Virus record (IMG/VR): IMGVR_UViG_3300032280_000442
Coordinates: 224,001-288,000 of that record
Origin: a virus
Lineage: Duplodnaviria > Caudoviricetes
Length of the DNA stretch: 64,000 nucleotides
Reading direction: 5' to 3' (one strand)
Shown: positions 30,946 to 40,973 of the stretch, piece by piece
Position numbering within the stretch: the first letter of the stretch is position 1
Layout: every line of letters begins with the position of its first letter
Notes under the pieces: model-generated
What the model was told of the DNA's origin: nothing
Database searches by the model: none
What the model saw: only the letters and a program-made list of their open reading frames with translations
Position numbers and translations under genes: made by a program

Positions 30946-31525
30946 GATTAATGGGGTGTTAAGAAACACATTGGATAAAATCCAACAAACCTATCAAAAA
31001 TATATGATAGATAAAACTGAGGGTTTAGATGACGACGAATCTTTTAAATACGAAATAACCCCACCATTAAACAGTTTAAATCTTAGAAACCATTTTAAAT
31101 TTCAAAATGATGAAGAATTATTTTCATTTTTATACGAAGAATTTCCAATGGAAATATTTGGTCATTCACAATCAACCGAATATTCTACATTCAACGACTT
31201 AAATGAAATATATTTAAATTTGAGAGATAATCACGATATACTGATAGTGTCCGATGAGATTGGTAAATCTAAACCAGCGTCTTTGTTTTTCTTATCAAAA
31301 TTTGGATGTTTGGTTGAAAAAGTAAAATTTTACAGTAATTCAACAATAAATTCGATGTGGGATGAAATAGATGTTTTACTTACATCAAACCCTGCTCTAT
31401 TATTAGAACATCCGGAAGATAAATTTATCATAAAATATCAAACGGAGTACAATAAACATATCAAATCAGACAATTCAATAACATCAATTAAAGAATTAGA
31501 ATTTGAATTAACAAAAATAAAATAA
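30929..31525 (+). CDS. HAD-fold (5'-nucleotidase-like) protein with a degenerate motif I
   Basis: N-terminal RIAIEINGVLRN resembles the DxDGVL motif of HAD enzymes. Confidence 0.55.
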   Translation: MRIAIEINGVLRNTLDKIQQTYQKYMIDKTEGLDDDESFKYEITPPLNSLNLRNHFKFQNDEELFSFLYEEFPMEIFGHSQSTEYSTFNDLNEIYLNLRDNHDILIVSDEIGKSKPASLFFLSKFGCLVEKVKFYSNSTINSMWDEIDVLLTSNPALLLEHPEDKFIIKYQTEYNKHIKSDNSITSIKELEFELTKIK

Positions 31526-31803
31526 TGTTAAAAGTATTAGGGGAAAATTATTATTTGGATTTAGACAAAATAGATGATTACGTCCAAATTAAAGGTGAAA
31601 AAATTAATATAACCGGTGTTACAGAATCCGCGCATATCAGTATCATAAAATACGAAACAGTCAAATTAATGATGGAAATCATTATGGATGAGACGGAAGA
31701 AATTGATGAAACACTCGGAGTTAAAGGAACAAATAACATATCAATACCATTTAAAATTGCGTTTAATACGTTACTATATAAAAAATTACTAAACAAATTA
31801 TAA
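31525..31803 (+). CDS. Hypothetical protein
   Basis: 92-aa translationally coupled ORF. Confidence 0.7.
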   Translation: MLKVLGENYYLDLDKIDDYVQIKGEKINITGVTESAHISIIKYETVKLMMEIIMDETEEIDETLGVKGTNNISIPFKIAFNTLLYKKLLNKL

Positions 31804-31804
31804 T

Positions 31805-32860
31805 ATGAATCAAGAACAAATTTCAAAATTAGAGTTGTCAATTGAGAATATGAAAAATAAGAAATCTAAGATTTATCTTATCACTCAAGACACAAAAGGT
31901 AACGCCAAAGCGTCCATCGCTTATATCTATAGATTAGGTTTGGCATTATTAAACGCAGGATATAATCCAATTATTTTACACGAAACCCCTGATTATAAAG
32001 GAGTATCAGAATGGTTAGGAGAGGAATATATGACTTTACCTCATCAATCTATTGAAGGTCAAAATTTACAAGTATCTCCGGAAGACTTAATCATTATCCC
32101 TGAATTATATGGTTTCATTATGTCTCAAATAACAAACTTACCTTGTGGTAAAATTGTTATTTGTCAATCTTACGACTATATGTTAGAAACATTACAACCA
32201 GGTCAAACTTGGAGTGATTTAGGATTTTTTAAATGTATAACAACTTCTGACAAACAAAAAGAACAAATTGAAACGGTTATGAGAAATATATCATTTGATA
32301 TATTAACACCTTATATTTCCGATGTTTTTAAACCTCAGGTGTTACCATCAAAACCAATTATCACAGTACATTCAAGAGACCAAAGAGATACTGTTAATTT
32401 AATTAAAACTTTTTATATTAAGTTTCCACAATACAGATGGATTACTTTTAGAGATATGAGAAATTTAACGGAAACAGAATTTGCCAAAGGATTAGATGAA
32501 TCTTGTTTATCTGTTTGGATTGATGATGTAAGTGGTTATGGAACATTCCCTTTAGAATCTATGAAATGTGGTGTCCCTGTATTAGGTTTAGTTCCTAATT
32601 TATTACCGGAATGGATGACAGAAGACAATGGATTATGGATAAACAATAAAACACAATTAGTTGATTTTATTGCTGATTACTTACAAAATTGGTTAGAGGA
32701 TAATGTAAATGAAAATTTATTTATTGAAATGAACAAAACCGTAGATTCATTACCTACCAAAGAAACTTTTGAAACAGAATCTGTAAGATTATTTGAAGGG
32801 TATTTAAATACTAGACAAGAATCATTTGCTGAACAATTATCTAAACTACAAACAATATAA
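31805..32860 (+). CDS. Putative GT-B (GT4-like) glycosyltransferase
   Basis: DLIIIPE and GYGTFPLESMKCGVPV motifs. Confidence 0.75.
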   Translation: MNQEQISKLELSIENMKNKKSKIYLITQDTKGNAKASIAYIYRLGLALLNAGYNPIILHETPDYKGVSEWLGEEYMTLPHQSIEGQNLQVSPEDLIIIPELYGFIMSQITNLPCGKIVICQSYDYMLETLQPGQTWSDLGFFKCITTSDKQKEQIETVMRNISFDILTPYISDVFKPQVLPSKPIITVHSRDQRDTVNLIKTFYIKFPQYRWITFRDMRNLTETEFAKGLDESCLSVWIDDVSGYGTFPLESMKCGVPVLGLVPNLLPEWMTEDNGLWINNKTQLVDFIADYLQNWLEDNVNENLFIEMNKTVDSLPTKETFETESVRLFEGYLNTRQESFAEQLSKLQTI

Positions 32861-32867
32861 GAACAAT

Positions 32868-33680
32868 ATGGAAGAAATTAAAAAATTTGATGTATCGGTA
32901 ATTTTACCAATTAAATCATCTAAAGTTAGAGATTTTGATGAATACTTTAAAAAATGTATTGAGTCATTAAAAATACAAAAAACACAAATAAATGAACTTG
33001 TTATTGTTCATACAAACGAAACCTCGTTGGTTGAATACTTAAACGGTTTTGATTTTGGTGATTTACCGGTTGTTAAAATTGAGTGGACTAAAGAACCTAA
33101 TTTTTCAGCTCAGGTCAATTATGGTGTAAGAAGTGCAAAATCTACTTGGGTATCATTATTTGAATTTGATGATGAATACTCATCAATTTGGTTTAAAAAT
33201 GTTTTAAAATATTCTCAAATATATTCTGATGTACACGCATTTTTACCAATCGTTGTAGATGTTGATAATACTGAGAAATTTGCCGGATTCACTAATGAGG
33301 CAACATTCGCAGCTAATTTCACACCTGAAATGGGTATCTTAACAAATGAGACGTTAATGGATTATCAAAATTTTCAATTATCGGGAATTGTTATTAAAAA
33401 AGAGTCATTCATTGATTATGGTTTATTAAAACCATCTTTTAAATTAACATTTGGTTATGAATTCTTTTTAAGAATGACATACAATTCAATAAAAATTATG
33501 TCAATCCCTAAAATAGGATACAAACATATGAATTTAAGAGAGGGGTCTATTTTTTGGAACTATAAAAATGGGGATGATGCTATAACACCCGATGAGGTTA
33601 AATTTTGGGTAGAGTCTGCAAAAAAAGAATTTTTCTTTATTAATGACAGAGCCATAAAGTACGAACCACAAGAAGTTTAA
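32868..33680 (+). CDS. GT2-like glycosyltransferase
   Basis: VSVILP, QVNYGV and FEFDD motifs; ATG 32868 preferred over the overlapping track start at 32826. Confidence 0.75.
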   Translation: MEEIKKFDVSVILPIKSSKVRDFDEYFKKCIESLKIQKTQINELVIVHTNETSLVEYLNGFDFGDLPVVKIEWTKEPNFSAQVNYGVRSAKSTWVSLFEFDDEYSSIWFKNVLKYSQIYSDVHAFLPIVVDVDNTEKFAGFTNEATFAANFTPEMGILTNETLMDYQNFQLSGIVIKKESFIDYGLLKPSFKLTFGYEFFLRMTYNSIKIMSIPKIGYKHMNLREGSIFWNYKNGDDAITPDEVKFWVESAKKEFFFINDRAIKYEPQEV

Positions 33681-34429
33681 TGTCTGAAACAATTAATTTA
33701 ACGGGAGATACCAGTGTTGAGTTAAAGAAGAAAGGTAGAAAACCAACCCAATTAAATTATTTTGATGTTCGGGAGGAATTGGCAGTTGTAAGATTTTTAG
33801 AAACTGAATGTCCAATTGAAAGAAATAAAATTTATAATGAGTTTTTATTAAAACCTTTAGATAAGATGATATCTTCAATTATTAGAAGATACAAATTATA
33901 TAGAAAAGATATGGATTTCACAGAAATTCATACAGACACTCACTCGTTCTTAATAACAAAAATAGATAAGTTCAAGCCTTCTAAAGAAAAGAAGGCTTAT
34001 TCTTATTTTGGAACCATATGCAAAAATTATCTTATGGGTCAAATTATTAAGGACCAAAAAGAAACAAATAGAAAAATATCTTATGAAGATATTTCTACTA
34101 GTTTAGAAAACGATGAAGGGTTTGCATATTACATAGAAAATGATACACTAGATTCTGAAAGACTTATTCATCATTTCTTAATTAAATTAGATTTATTTAT
34201 TAAAAATGAAAATCTAAATGAAAATGAGGTAAAACTTGGTCAGGCGTTGTATGATTTATTTGATAATTACGAAAATATTTTTGTTGGAAACGATAATAAT
34301 AAATTCAACAAAAATATAATATTACTTTCATTGAGGGAAATGACCAATCTTTCTACCAAAGAGATAAGAGGGTCTATGAAAAAATACAAAAATATGTATT
34401 TTGACTTGGTTCAAACTATGATTAAATAA
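33680..34429 (+). CDS. Putative late-transcription sigma factor (T4 gp55-like)
   Basis: Sigma region-2-like KIDKFKPSKEKKAYSYFGTICKNYL resembles the gp55 FDPEK..NPFAYFTQI segment; sits just before structural genes. Confidence 0.6.
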   Translation: MSETINLTGDTSVELKKKGRKPTQLNYFDVREELAVVRFLETECPIERNKIYNEFLLKPLDKMISSIIRRYKLYRKDMDFTEIHTDTHSFLITKIDKFKPSKEKKAYSYFGTICKNYLMGQIIKDQKETNRKISYEDISTSLENDEGFAYYIENDTLDSERLIHHFLIKLDLFIKNENLNENEVKLGQALYDLFDNYENIFVGNDNNKFNKNIILLSLREMTNLSTKEIRGSMKKYKNMYFDLVQTMIK

Positions 34430-34443
34430 AACCCAATCTTAAA

Positions 34444-34450
34444 TATTTAT
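34444..34450 (+). promoter_or_regulatory. Putative late-promoter motif TATTTAT
   Basis: Lies 4 nt upstream of ATG 34455. Confidence 0.5.
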
Positions 34451-34454
34451 TGTT

Positions 34455-34835
34455 ATGGGAAGGCCAACAAAAAAAGAAATTAATTTAACCAAAGAATCAA
34501 TGTTATCATTGATGCAGGAAATCTACAATGAACTTGTAGAACAAAGAAATACTGCAATACGAATTCAAAATAAAATGTTAACAATGATGAAGGAACCTGA
34601 AGATATGACAATTATCGGTCCGGTTATCGAAAAACAACAAAAAATCATAAATGATTGTGTTGAGAAAAAATTAACATTGTCCAAATTACAATCTGGTATG
34701 TGGGAAAAATCTAATGCTAATAAAGATAGTGGAGGTGGATTTTCAATATCAGACTTAGGGGATGATGAATTATTAAAAACATTAATGGAAAAAGATATAT
34801 CAAAAGATAACGATTCCTATAAATTGAAAAAATAA
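34455..34835 (+). CDS. Hypothetical coiled-coil protein
   Basis: 126-aa helical ORF. Confidence 0.75.
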   Translation: MGRPTKKEINLTKESMLSLMQEIYNELVEQRNTAIRIQNKMLTMMKEPEDMTIIGPVIEKQQKIINDCVEKKLTLSKLQSGMWEKSNANKDSGGGFSISDLGDDELLKTLMEKDISKDNDSYKLKK

Positions 34836-34841
34836 TAAATT

Positions 34842-36746
34842 ATGCCATCATTAGATATAAATTTTGATTATAACAAAATTCAAAAAAAACTTAATGCGAC
34901 TAAATCTTTTACAGATATTAAGTCTCAGTATAATGATGCAACCAAAAAAACTGGTGAGTCGTTTGAAAAAACAAAATCTCAAGTTTCCGAATCGTTAACA
35001 AGTGTTAAAAATCAAACTAAAAGATATCAAAGACAAGTTAAGAACCAATTTGAACAACTTTTAGATTTAACCAATACGTCCGGAGGAAACGGTAGTGGTT
35101 CACCAAAATACATTAAAAGACTTCTAATTAGAACAATTAAAAATGTTCAACCAAGATTACGAACAATTGTTATCAAAGATTGTTTAACCGCGTTAGGTTG
35201 TGACCAACAACAAACATATACCACAGGCCAACCTATATATGTGAAAGTAGGGTCTGTTGACTTATTTAATAGGTTATTTATTGACCCTCAAGATGAAGTG
35301 GGTGTGGTTGTTTATGAGAAAAATTTACCTCAACCAAATCAGATACCTTATTCAATGAATAGGAAGTTATATGAATTAACAACTAATAATAACCTAATTT
35401 ATAATTACAAAGGTAAATCAGGTCAAGATTTATTTGATATACAATATTCTGACACTGATGGGAATGGTGTTACTGGTGGTTGGTTTAAAATTGACTTAAA
35501 AGCTCGAAATAACCCACTTAAAGTTGGTGAGTTTATGGTTGATTATTATGACACCATAAGAATGTCTGAAGATACAGATATTATTGCGTCAATTATGGAA
35601 TCATTATCCGGAGCAATTTCTATGAAAATTAATGCCGGAACATCTCAAGTTGAGAATGCTAGTCAAGCAGAATTAATTTTAGCAAGAATATTAGGACTTT
35701 GTTTTGATAGTGGAGGAAGTGATGGTGAAATAGACACTAGTGGTATTTCTAAAATTGCCGAATTAGATGGTATAGATGATTCATTTTTTGAATTTACTGA
35801 AATTGATTTAAGAAATATTGATATTAGAACCGCTAACATTAAAAAAGGTGTTATACAATTTGAAGATTGTAATAATATTGATTTACCTGTTAATTTTAAC
35901 GAAATTGTGGGGGCGTTAGGCCAATTAAATTTTTATGAAGGTTCCGAATTTGAAGATGCTGCAAATAACGTTAGTGATGTTTTAGCAAACAATCCATCTT
36001 GGATTGGTGTTGGAATTAATATTGACCCACAAGTTGTTGTTGATACTAATTTTATTAAGTTAATAACTAACGGAATGATTGGAGCATTAATAACTCCAAA
36101 AATGATATTACCAATTATTGTTATGTATAAAGCATTGGGTAATACGTTGGCTGACAACATTAAATCATTTGTTGACTTTGCAAAAATATTTAAAAAATTC
36201 TTTATTAATTTAGTATCTAAAGTAGGTGCAATTTTTGTGGAAGAATTATACAAATTAATTAAAGAGGATATTTTAAAATTAGTACAACAAGTTATTCAAG
36301 ACATCGTTAAAGAAAAAATTGTTAAAAAATACGCAATGATATTAAAATTGTTAGCATTATTATTAGCAATAATTGGATTAATAACTGACTATCGTAAATG
36401 TAAAAATTTAATTGACGATATTCTTGCTTTATTAAATTTATTAAATGTTCCCGGATTTGGTAGTAGTATACCATTACCAATATTATATGCCTCACAATTA
36501 TTAGACGGTTATTCCGAATCAAGAGCATTTATTGGGGCTATTGAAGAAATGCAAAATTTAGGTATTCCAACCGGAGCAATGCCAAGTGGAGCACCAAATT
36601 TTGATTTATTAGGTAGATTTGGACAAATGAAAGCGATGGCTTTGGAAGAAGCCGAAAATAATAAACTTCAAGTTGCGGTGGGACCATTACTAGTTACACC
36701 AGCATTCTTAACAGTACCAACAAGTTCATACGGTAAAAAATTCTAA
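34842..36746 (+). CDS. Hypothetical structural protein with a hydrophobic C-terminal helical region
   Basis: 634 aa; ILKLLALLLAIIGLI segment; directly upstream of the spike gene. Confidence 0.75.
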   Translation: MPSLDINFDYNKIQKKLNATKSFTDIKSQYNDATKKTGESFEKTKSQVSESLTSVKNQTKRYQRQVKNQFEQLLDLTNTSGGNGSGSPKYIKRLLIRTIKNVQPRLRTIVIKDCLTALGCDQQQTYTTGQPIYVKVGSVDLFNRLFIDPQDEVGVVVYEKNLPQPNQIPYSMNRKLYELTTNNNLIYNYKGKSGQDLFDIQYSDTDGNGVTGGWFKIDLKARNNPLKVGEFMVDYYDTIRMSEDTDIIASIMESLSGAISMKINAGTSQVENASQAELILARILGLCFDSGGSDGEIDTSGISKIAELDGIDDSFFEFTEIDLRNIDIRTANIKKGVIQFEDCNNIDLPVNFNEIVGALGQLNFYEGSEFEDAANNVSDVLANNPSWIGVGINIDPQVVVDTNFIKLITNGMIGALITPKMILPIIVMYKALGNTLADNIKSFVDFAKIFKKFFINLVSKVGAIFVEELYKLIKEDILKLVQQVIQDIVKEKIVKKYAMILKLLALLLAIIGLITDYRKCKNLIDDILALLNLLNVPGFGSSIPLPILYASQLLDGYSESRAFIGAIEEMQNLGIPTGAMPSGAPNFDLLGRFGQMKAMALEEAENNKLQVAVGPLLVTPAFLTVPTSSYGKKF

Positions 36747-36748
36747 TT

Positions 36749-36970
36749 ATGACTCAAAAAGAAAAATCTGAAAAAGTATTACAAATTATTAAAGAATACA
36801 AAACATCGTCAAATAAAGATTTAACTCTTGCTATGGATTGTATCCAAGAAGATTTTGAATATACTAAAAAGTTAGTATTAAAAGGAACAGAACAATTAGA
36901 TAAGTTAGAATTAACTTACAACACCATATTAAAAGAATATCAAAAGAGAATGAAACAAAATGGAAATTAA
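36749..36970 (+). CDS. Hypothetical protein
   Basis: 73-aa ORF in the operon. Confidence 0.65.
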   Translation: MTQKEKSEKVLQIIKEYKTSSNKDLTLAMDCIQEDFEYTKKLVLKGTEQLDKLELTYNTILKEYQKRMKQNGN

Positions 36971-38528
36971 TAGAAAAAATAAACATCAAATATTATTTCC
37001 AGGGTATGTCTATGATAATCAGGACCCTATGATGTTAGGTCGACTTAGAATTATTCCTGAGACAAAAAACTATGATGATATTATCGCTTCAGTTGTTGAT
37101 TGGAACGAAGAAACCGATATATGGACATCAAAAGACCCGTTAATCTATATTCCTTTATTACCTTTTTATATTAGTCAAACACCTAAAATAAATGAATACG
37201 TTCATATTATTTATATGAATAAACTTGAACCATTCAAAAATCAATTTTATATTCAAGGACCATTTTCGTCTCCAATGACAACCCCTTTTGAAGATAATCA
37301 AGGGGCTAAAAAATTCTTAGCCGCAGGTGATAAAATAAAAGAAGGGTTAAGTATTAAAAACCAAAATGGTGAATACCGTGATGATAATAGCAAAGGAGTA
37401 TTTCCTGAACCGGGAGATAACGCTTTATTAGGTCGAGGAACCGCCGATGTTATTGTAAAAGAAAATGAAGTATTAATTCGAGCAGGTAAAACAAAAGAAC
37501 TATCCAAAGATAAGTTTCCAATAGGAAATCAAAATAGAGCCTTTTTACAGTTAACAAGATTTACACAAACTAAAAAAACATTACCAAAAGAATCAAATTA
37601 TCGTTTAGTTCAAGATGTTCTATTAGTTAAAAAAATGATTGTTTGGGATATCACAAATTTAGATAATTCTACAGGTAATTTTACAGGGTCCGTTAAGTTA
37701 TATAATCTTAAACCGAGTTCAAAAGTTAATACAGACAATTTTAAATTTGACACAATTTTAAATTTAACAAGTGGTGAAGATTACGGAGTTGAATTAGAAT
37801 CTGTCTCATTTATGGGTAAATCTTTTAATGAATCAGTTAAAGCAATTAATGATTTTATTTCTAAAGTATTTAACCCAAATGTTACATTTACCGGTATTAC
37901 TATAAATAACCCACAAAATCTTGCAACCCAATTTCCGTTTGTTGTTACCCCATCAAAACAAACCTACGAAATTGGTAAAAAATTCTCACCAACAACAGCG
38001 TTAGGTGAAATATTAGAATATATTAACTACAAAAGATTTTTTAATAACATTAAGTTAAACAATTCTGAGGAAGAAGGTTGGTTTTTAGTTTCTGAAAATA
38101 AAGGAGGTAAACCATTGTTTGGACCTCAAGGAACTTTAAAAGAAGAAATAATTCAACCAACAACATTTGAAAATGAAGATATCACATACGGTGCGTTAGG
38201 TGCTCAACGGATATTTTTATTATCACAAAATTCTACAAGTCCCAAAGGACAAATAAGTCTTGCCGATACTTTATATGGTATACCACAAGATAAGTTTATT
38301 GGTGCAGGACAAACATTATATGATAAAACATATTCATCAGTTAGAGGTGAAGAGTTGGTTAAATTAATTGAAAAAATTGTTGAGTTCTTAAACAACCACG
38401 TTCACCCTCACGCCAATATGGTACCGGATGAAGCAACTCAAGGTTCTAAAACAACCAAGACCAGTATCAACCAATTATTGGCCGATGTAAATAATACTGT
38501 CTTAAATCAAAATATTCGAATAAACTAA
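36960..38528 (+). CDS. Baseplate hub/central spike protein (gp5/gpV-like)
   Basis: N-terminal OB-fold motif GYVYDNQDPMMLGRLRI...PLLP...PKINEYV; C-terminal RGEELVKLI...NHVHPH (HxH metal-binding spike tip). Confidence 0.75.
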   Translation: MEINRKNKHQILFPGYVYDNQDPMMLGRLRIIPETKNYDDIIASVVDWNEETDIWTSKDPLIYIPLLPFYISQTPKINEYVHIIYMNKLEPFKNQFYIQGPFSSPMTTPFEDNQGAKKFLAAGDKIKEGLSIKNQNGEYRDDNSKGVFPEPGDNALLGRGTADVIVKENEVLIRAGKTKELSKDKFPIGNQNRAFLQLTRFTQTKKTLPKESNYRLVQDVLLVKKMIVWDITNLDNSTGNFTGSVKLYNLKPSSKVNTDNFKFDTILNLTSGEDYGVELESVSFMGKSFNESVKAINDFISKVFNPNVTFTGITINNPQNLATQFPFVVTPSKQTYEIGKKFSPTTALGEILEYINYKRFFNNIKLNNSEEEGWFLVSENKGGKPLFGPQGTLKEEIIQPTTFENEDITYGALGAQRIFLLSQNSTSPKGQISLADTLYGIPQDKFIGAGQTLYDKTYSSVRGEELVKLIEKIVEFLNNHVHPHANMVPDEATQGSKTTKTSINQLLADVNNTVLNQNIRIN

Positions 38529-38550
38529 ATATTTATTGTTAAAAGATTTT

Positions 38551-40011
38551 ATGTCAATTAACAATTCATATTTCAGTAAGAACAACACACTCATATCAAA
38601 TAGCTTAACAAACACAGGAAGAAATCCTGTGACTGAGCTATTCTATGGTTCGTTAGCAACATCACTATACCCAAATGGTTTCAGTCGATTTATCTTTGAT
38701 TTAGACCTAACTCTATTACAAGAAAAAGTTTCTGACGGAACTATTTCAACAACTTGTAATGATACTATGGTTCATACATTAAGAATGGTTAATACCTCAA
38801 CATTTAATCTTGAACAATTAAATACAACAACATCTCAAGGTAGATTAAGAGCAACGTCATTTGATTTAATATTATTTAGAATACCTAACAACCAATTATG
38901 GGATGAAGGTGTCGGATATGACTTTGCAGATTTAATATACGACTATAGTAATTCTGACAAAAATTTCTCAACAAGACCGTCCAATTGGATTCAAACAACA
39001 ACATTAAGTGGTTGGACATCACCAGGTATCTATAGTAATATCAATAGTGGAGCAACACCATATAGTGCATTAACTATTGTTGATACTCAACACTTCCAAT
39101 TTGGAAATGAAAATATTTCATTTGATATGACAAGTGAAATTAATAGTATTTTAACAGGGGGATTAACCGGTGTTACGGGTTGGGGTATCGCTTACTTACC
39201 TCAAATAGAAAACTTAACAGGGTTGACTGAAAACTATGAAGTCCAATTCTTTACAAGACATACCCAAACATTCTACGAACCATTCTTAGAAACAAACTAT
39301 AACGACATAATTGAAGACAATAGAAATAACTTTTCATTAGGTAAAGTAAACAAGTTATATCTGTATCTATATGAAGATGGTAATCCAATTAATTTAGACC
39401 AATTACCATCAGTATCTATTTCAGATGCAAGCGGAACACCAATATTGGGATTATCAACACCAAACTTAGATGTTTGTCAAAGAACAAAAGGGGTGTACGA
39501 AGTTATCATCCCACCATTATTAGGTTACAAAACACCTTGTTCGTTCTATGATGTTTGGAGTGATTTATACATAAATGGATTTCAAGTAGATGATATCACA
39601 AATAGTTTTACAGTATACCCATTTAAAAAATCAGTTCAAATTGGTACAACAACTCAAGACCCTAAAGTTTATGGTTTTGATTTTTATGGTATTAAACAAG
39701 ATGAAAAAATATACAACACAGATATTAGAAAAGTTGGGGTGGTAATCAAACAAGCTTACTCAACAAATAAAATACTTCCAAACGTAGAGGCACATTATAG
39801 AGTATATGTAAGAGAAGGTCAAACAGAAGTTGAGGTTCAAGATTGGACAAGAATAAACAAAACCCCAAATGAATACTATTTTATGTTCGACACAAGAGAT
39901 AAAATACCTAACGAATATTATATTGATTTGAAAGTATTAAGTAGTGGGGAAATAAACACATATAAAAAACAAATCAAATTCCAAATAGTAAATCTAAAAT
40001 ATTTGGAATAA
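38551..40011 (+). CDS. Hypothetical virion structural protein
   Basis: ~486 aa; ATG 38551 lies downstream of TATTTAT (38530-38536). Confidence 0.75.
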   Translation: MSINNSYFSKNNTLISNSLTNTGRNPVTELFYGSLATSLYPNGFSRFIFDLDLTLLQEKVSDGTISTTCNDTMVHTLRMVNTSTFNLEQLNTTTSQGRLRATSFDLILFRIPNNQLWDEGVGYDFADLIYDYSNSDKNFSTRPSNWIQTTTLSGWTSPGIYSNINSGATPYSALTIVDTQHFQFGNENISFDMTSEINSILTGGLTGVTGWGIAYLPQIENLTGLTENYEVQFFTRHTQTFYEPFLETNYNDIIEDNRNNFSLGKVNKLYLYLYEDGNPINLDQLPSVSISDASGTPILGLSTPNLDVCQRTKGVYEVIIPPLLGYKTPCSFYDVWSDLYINGFQVDDITNSFTVYPFKKSVQIGTTTQDPKVYGFDFYGIKQDEKIYNTDIRKVGVVIKQAYSTNKILPNVEAHYRVYVREGQTEVEVQDWTRINKTPNEYYFMFDTRDKIPNEYYIDLKVLSSGEINTYKKQIKFQIVNLKYLE

Positions 40012-40035
40012 TCAGATATTTATAAATAAAAAATT

Positions 40036-40419
40036 ATGGCAAATAGATTATTAACAGGAACAACTTGTTCTTTGGGAGCAGTAATAACATTTATCGCTGA
40101 GGATACTTTAGTAATGGCAAACGCGTTAAATAAAATATATCAACTTGGTGATGGAACGTGTATTACATTGACCGCAACAGGGGCAACAACATCCAGTTTA
40201 ACAACTAAAGTAATTGTTTATGGACCATACAGTTCTTGTACGGAATGTATAACACCTTTAAATAGTGCCGGAGTAACATCAATTAATTGTGTTGATTGTG
40301 GTACAGGTACCGTAACGGCAACAACACTACCTCACGCAATCTATACCAACGGACAAAATAGAGCTATCTCACAAAATAACACAGTTACATTAGGAGGACC
40401 CAACGGACTAAACAACTAA
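40036..40419 (+). CDS. Small Cys/Thr-rich hypothetical virion protein
   Basis: 127 aa; preceded by TATTTATA (40017-40024) and followed by a terminator. Confidence 0.7.
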   Translation: MANRLLTGTTCSLGAVITFIAEDTLVMANALNKIYQLGDGTCITLTATGATTSSLTTKVIVYGPYSSCTECITPLNSAGVTSINCVDCGTGTVTATTLPHAIYTNGQNRAISQNNTVTLGGPNGLNN

Positions 40420-40421
40420 AT

Positions 40422-40455
40422 AAAAAAAGAGAAATTAAGTTTTCTCTTTTTTTTT
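40422..40455 (+). terminator. Rho-independent terminator
   Basis: A7-GAGAAA...TTTCTC-T9. Confidence 0.65.
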
Positions 40456-40520
40456 GTCAAAATATTTTTTATTCTCAAAAATATCATTACATTTGTACCA
40501 TATAATAAATCAAGTACATA

Positions 40521-40961
40521 ATGAGAAAGATATTTAAATTTTTTAAAAGATTGGCGGTAAGACGTATTGCAAAAACAAGAAATCAATTTGATTACCAAGA
40601 CCCGGGACTATTAGGTGATGTTCACATCTGTAAAGCGATATGCCGTAAACTTATAACAAGTGAAGGTTCGAAGTTTTTAATTGCACCACTATCTTCTCAA
40701 AGATATATTAAACATTCTGAACTTGGAATCTTTGTTATCCTTGACGATAAAAAAATTAGTGTAATCAATCACGAATACTACTACAGTAATATCTTATTAT
40801 CTAATAGAGACTGGGACAAATTAACTAAGATGTATGATACAAAAGTAGAACGTATCAGACAAGAATTAAAAAATGAAATGAAGTCCCAAATCAAATATTC
40901 TTTAAAAGGTATTTTAGATAGAGTGGACAACTCCAAAAAAACAAAAACCCCTACTGAGTAA
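40521..40961 (+). CDS. Hypothetical basic protein
   Basis: 146-aa ORF ending inside a bidirectional terminator. Confidence 0.7.
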   Translation: MRKIFKFFKRLAVRRIAKTRNQFDYQDPGLLGDVHICKAICRKLITSEGSKFLIAPLSSQRYIKHSELGIFVILDDKKISVINHEYYYSNILLSNRDWDKLTKMYDTKVERIRQELKNEMKSQIKYSLKGILDRVDNSKKTKTPTE

Positions 40962-40971
40962 GGGGTTTTTT
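40943..40971. terminator. Bidirectional intrinsic terminator between convergent genes
   Basis: AAAAACCCCT...AGGGGTTTTTT. Confidence 0.75.
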
Positions 40972-40973
40972 AT

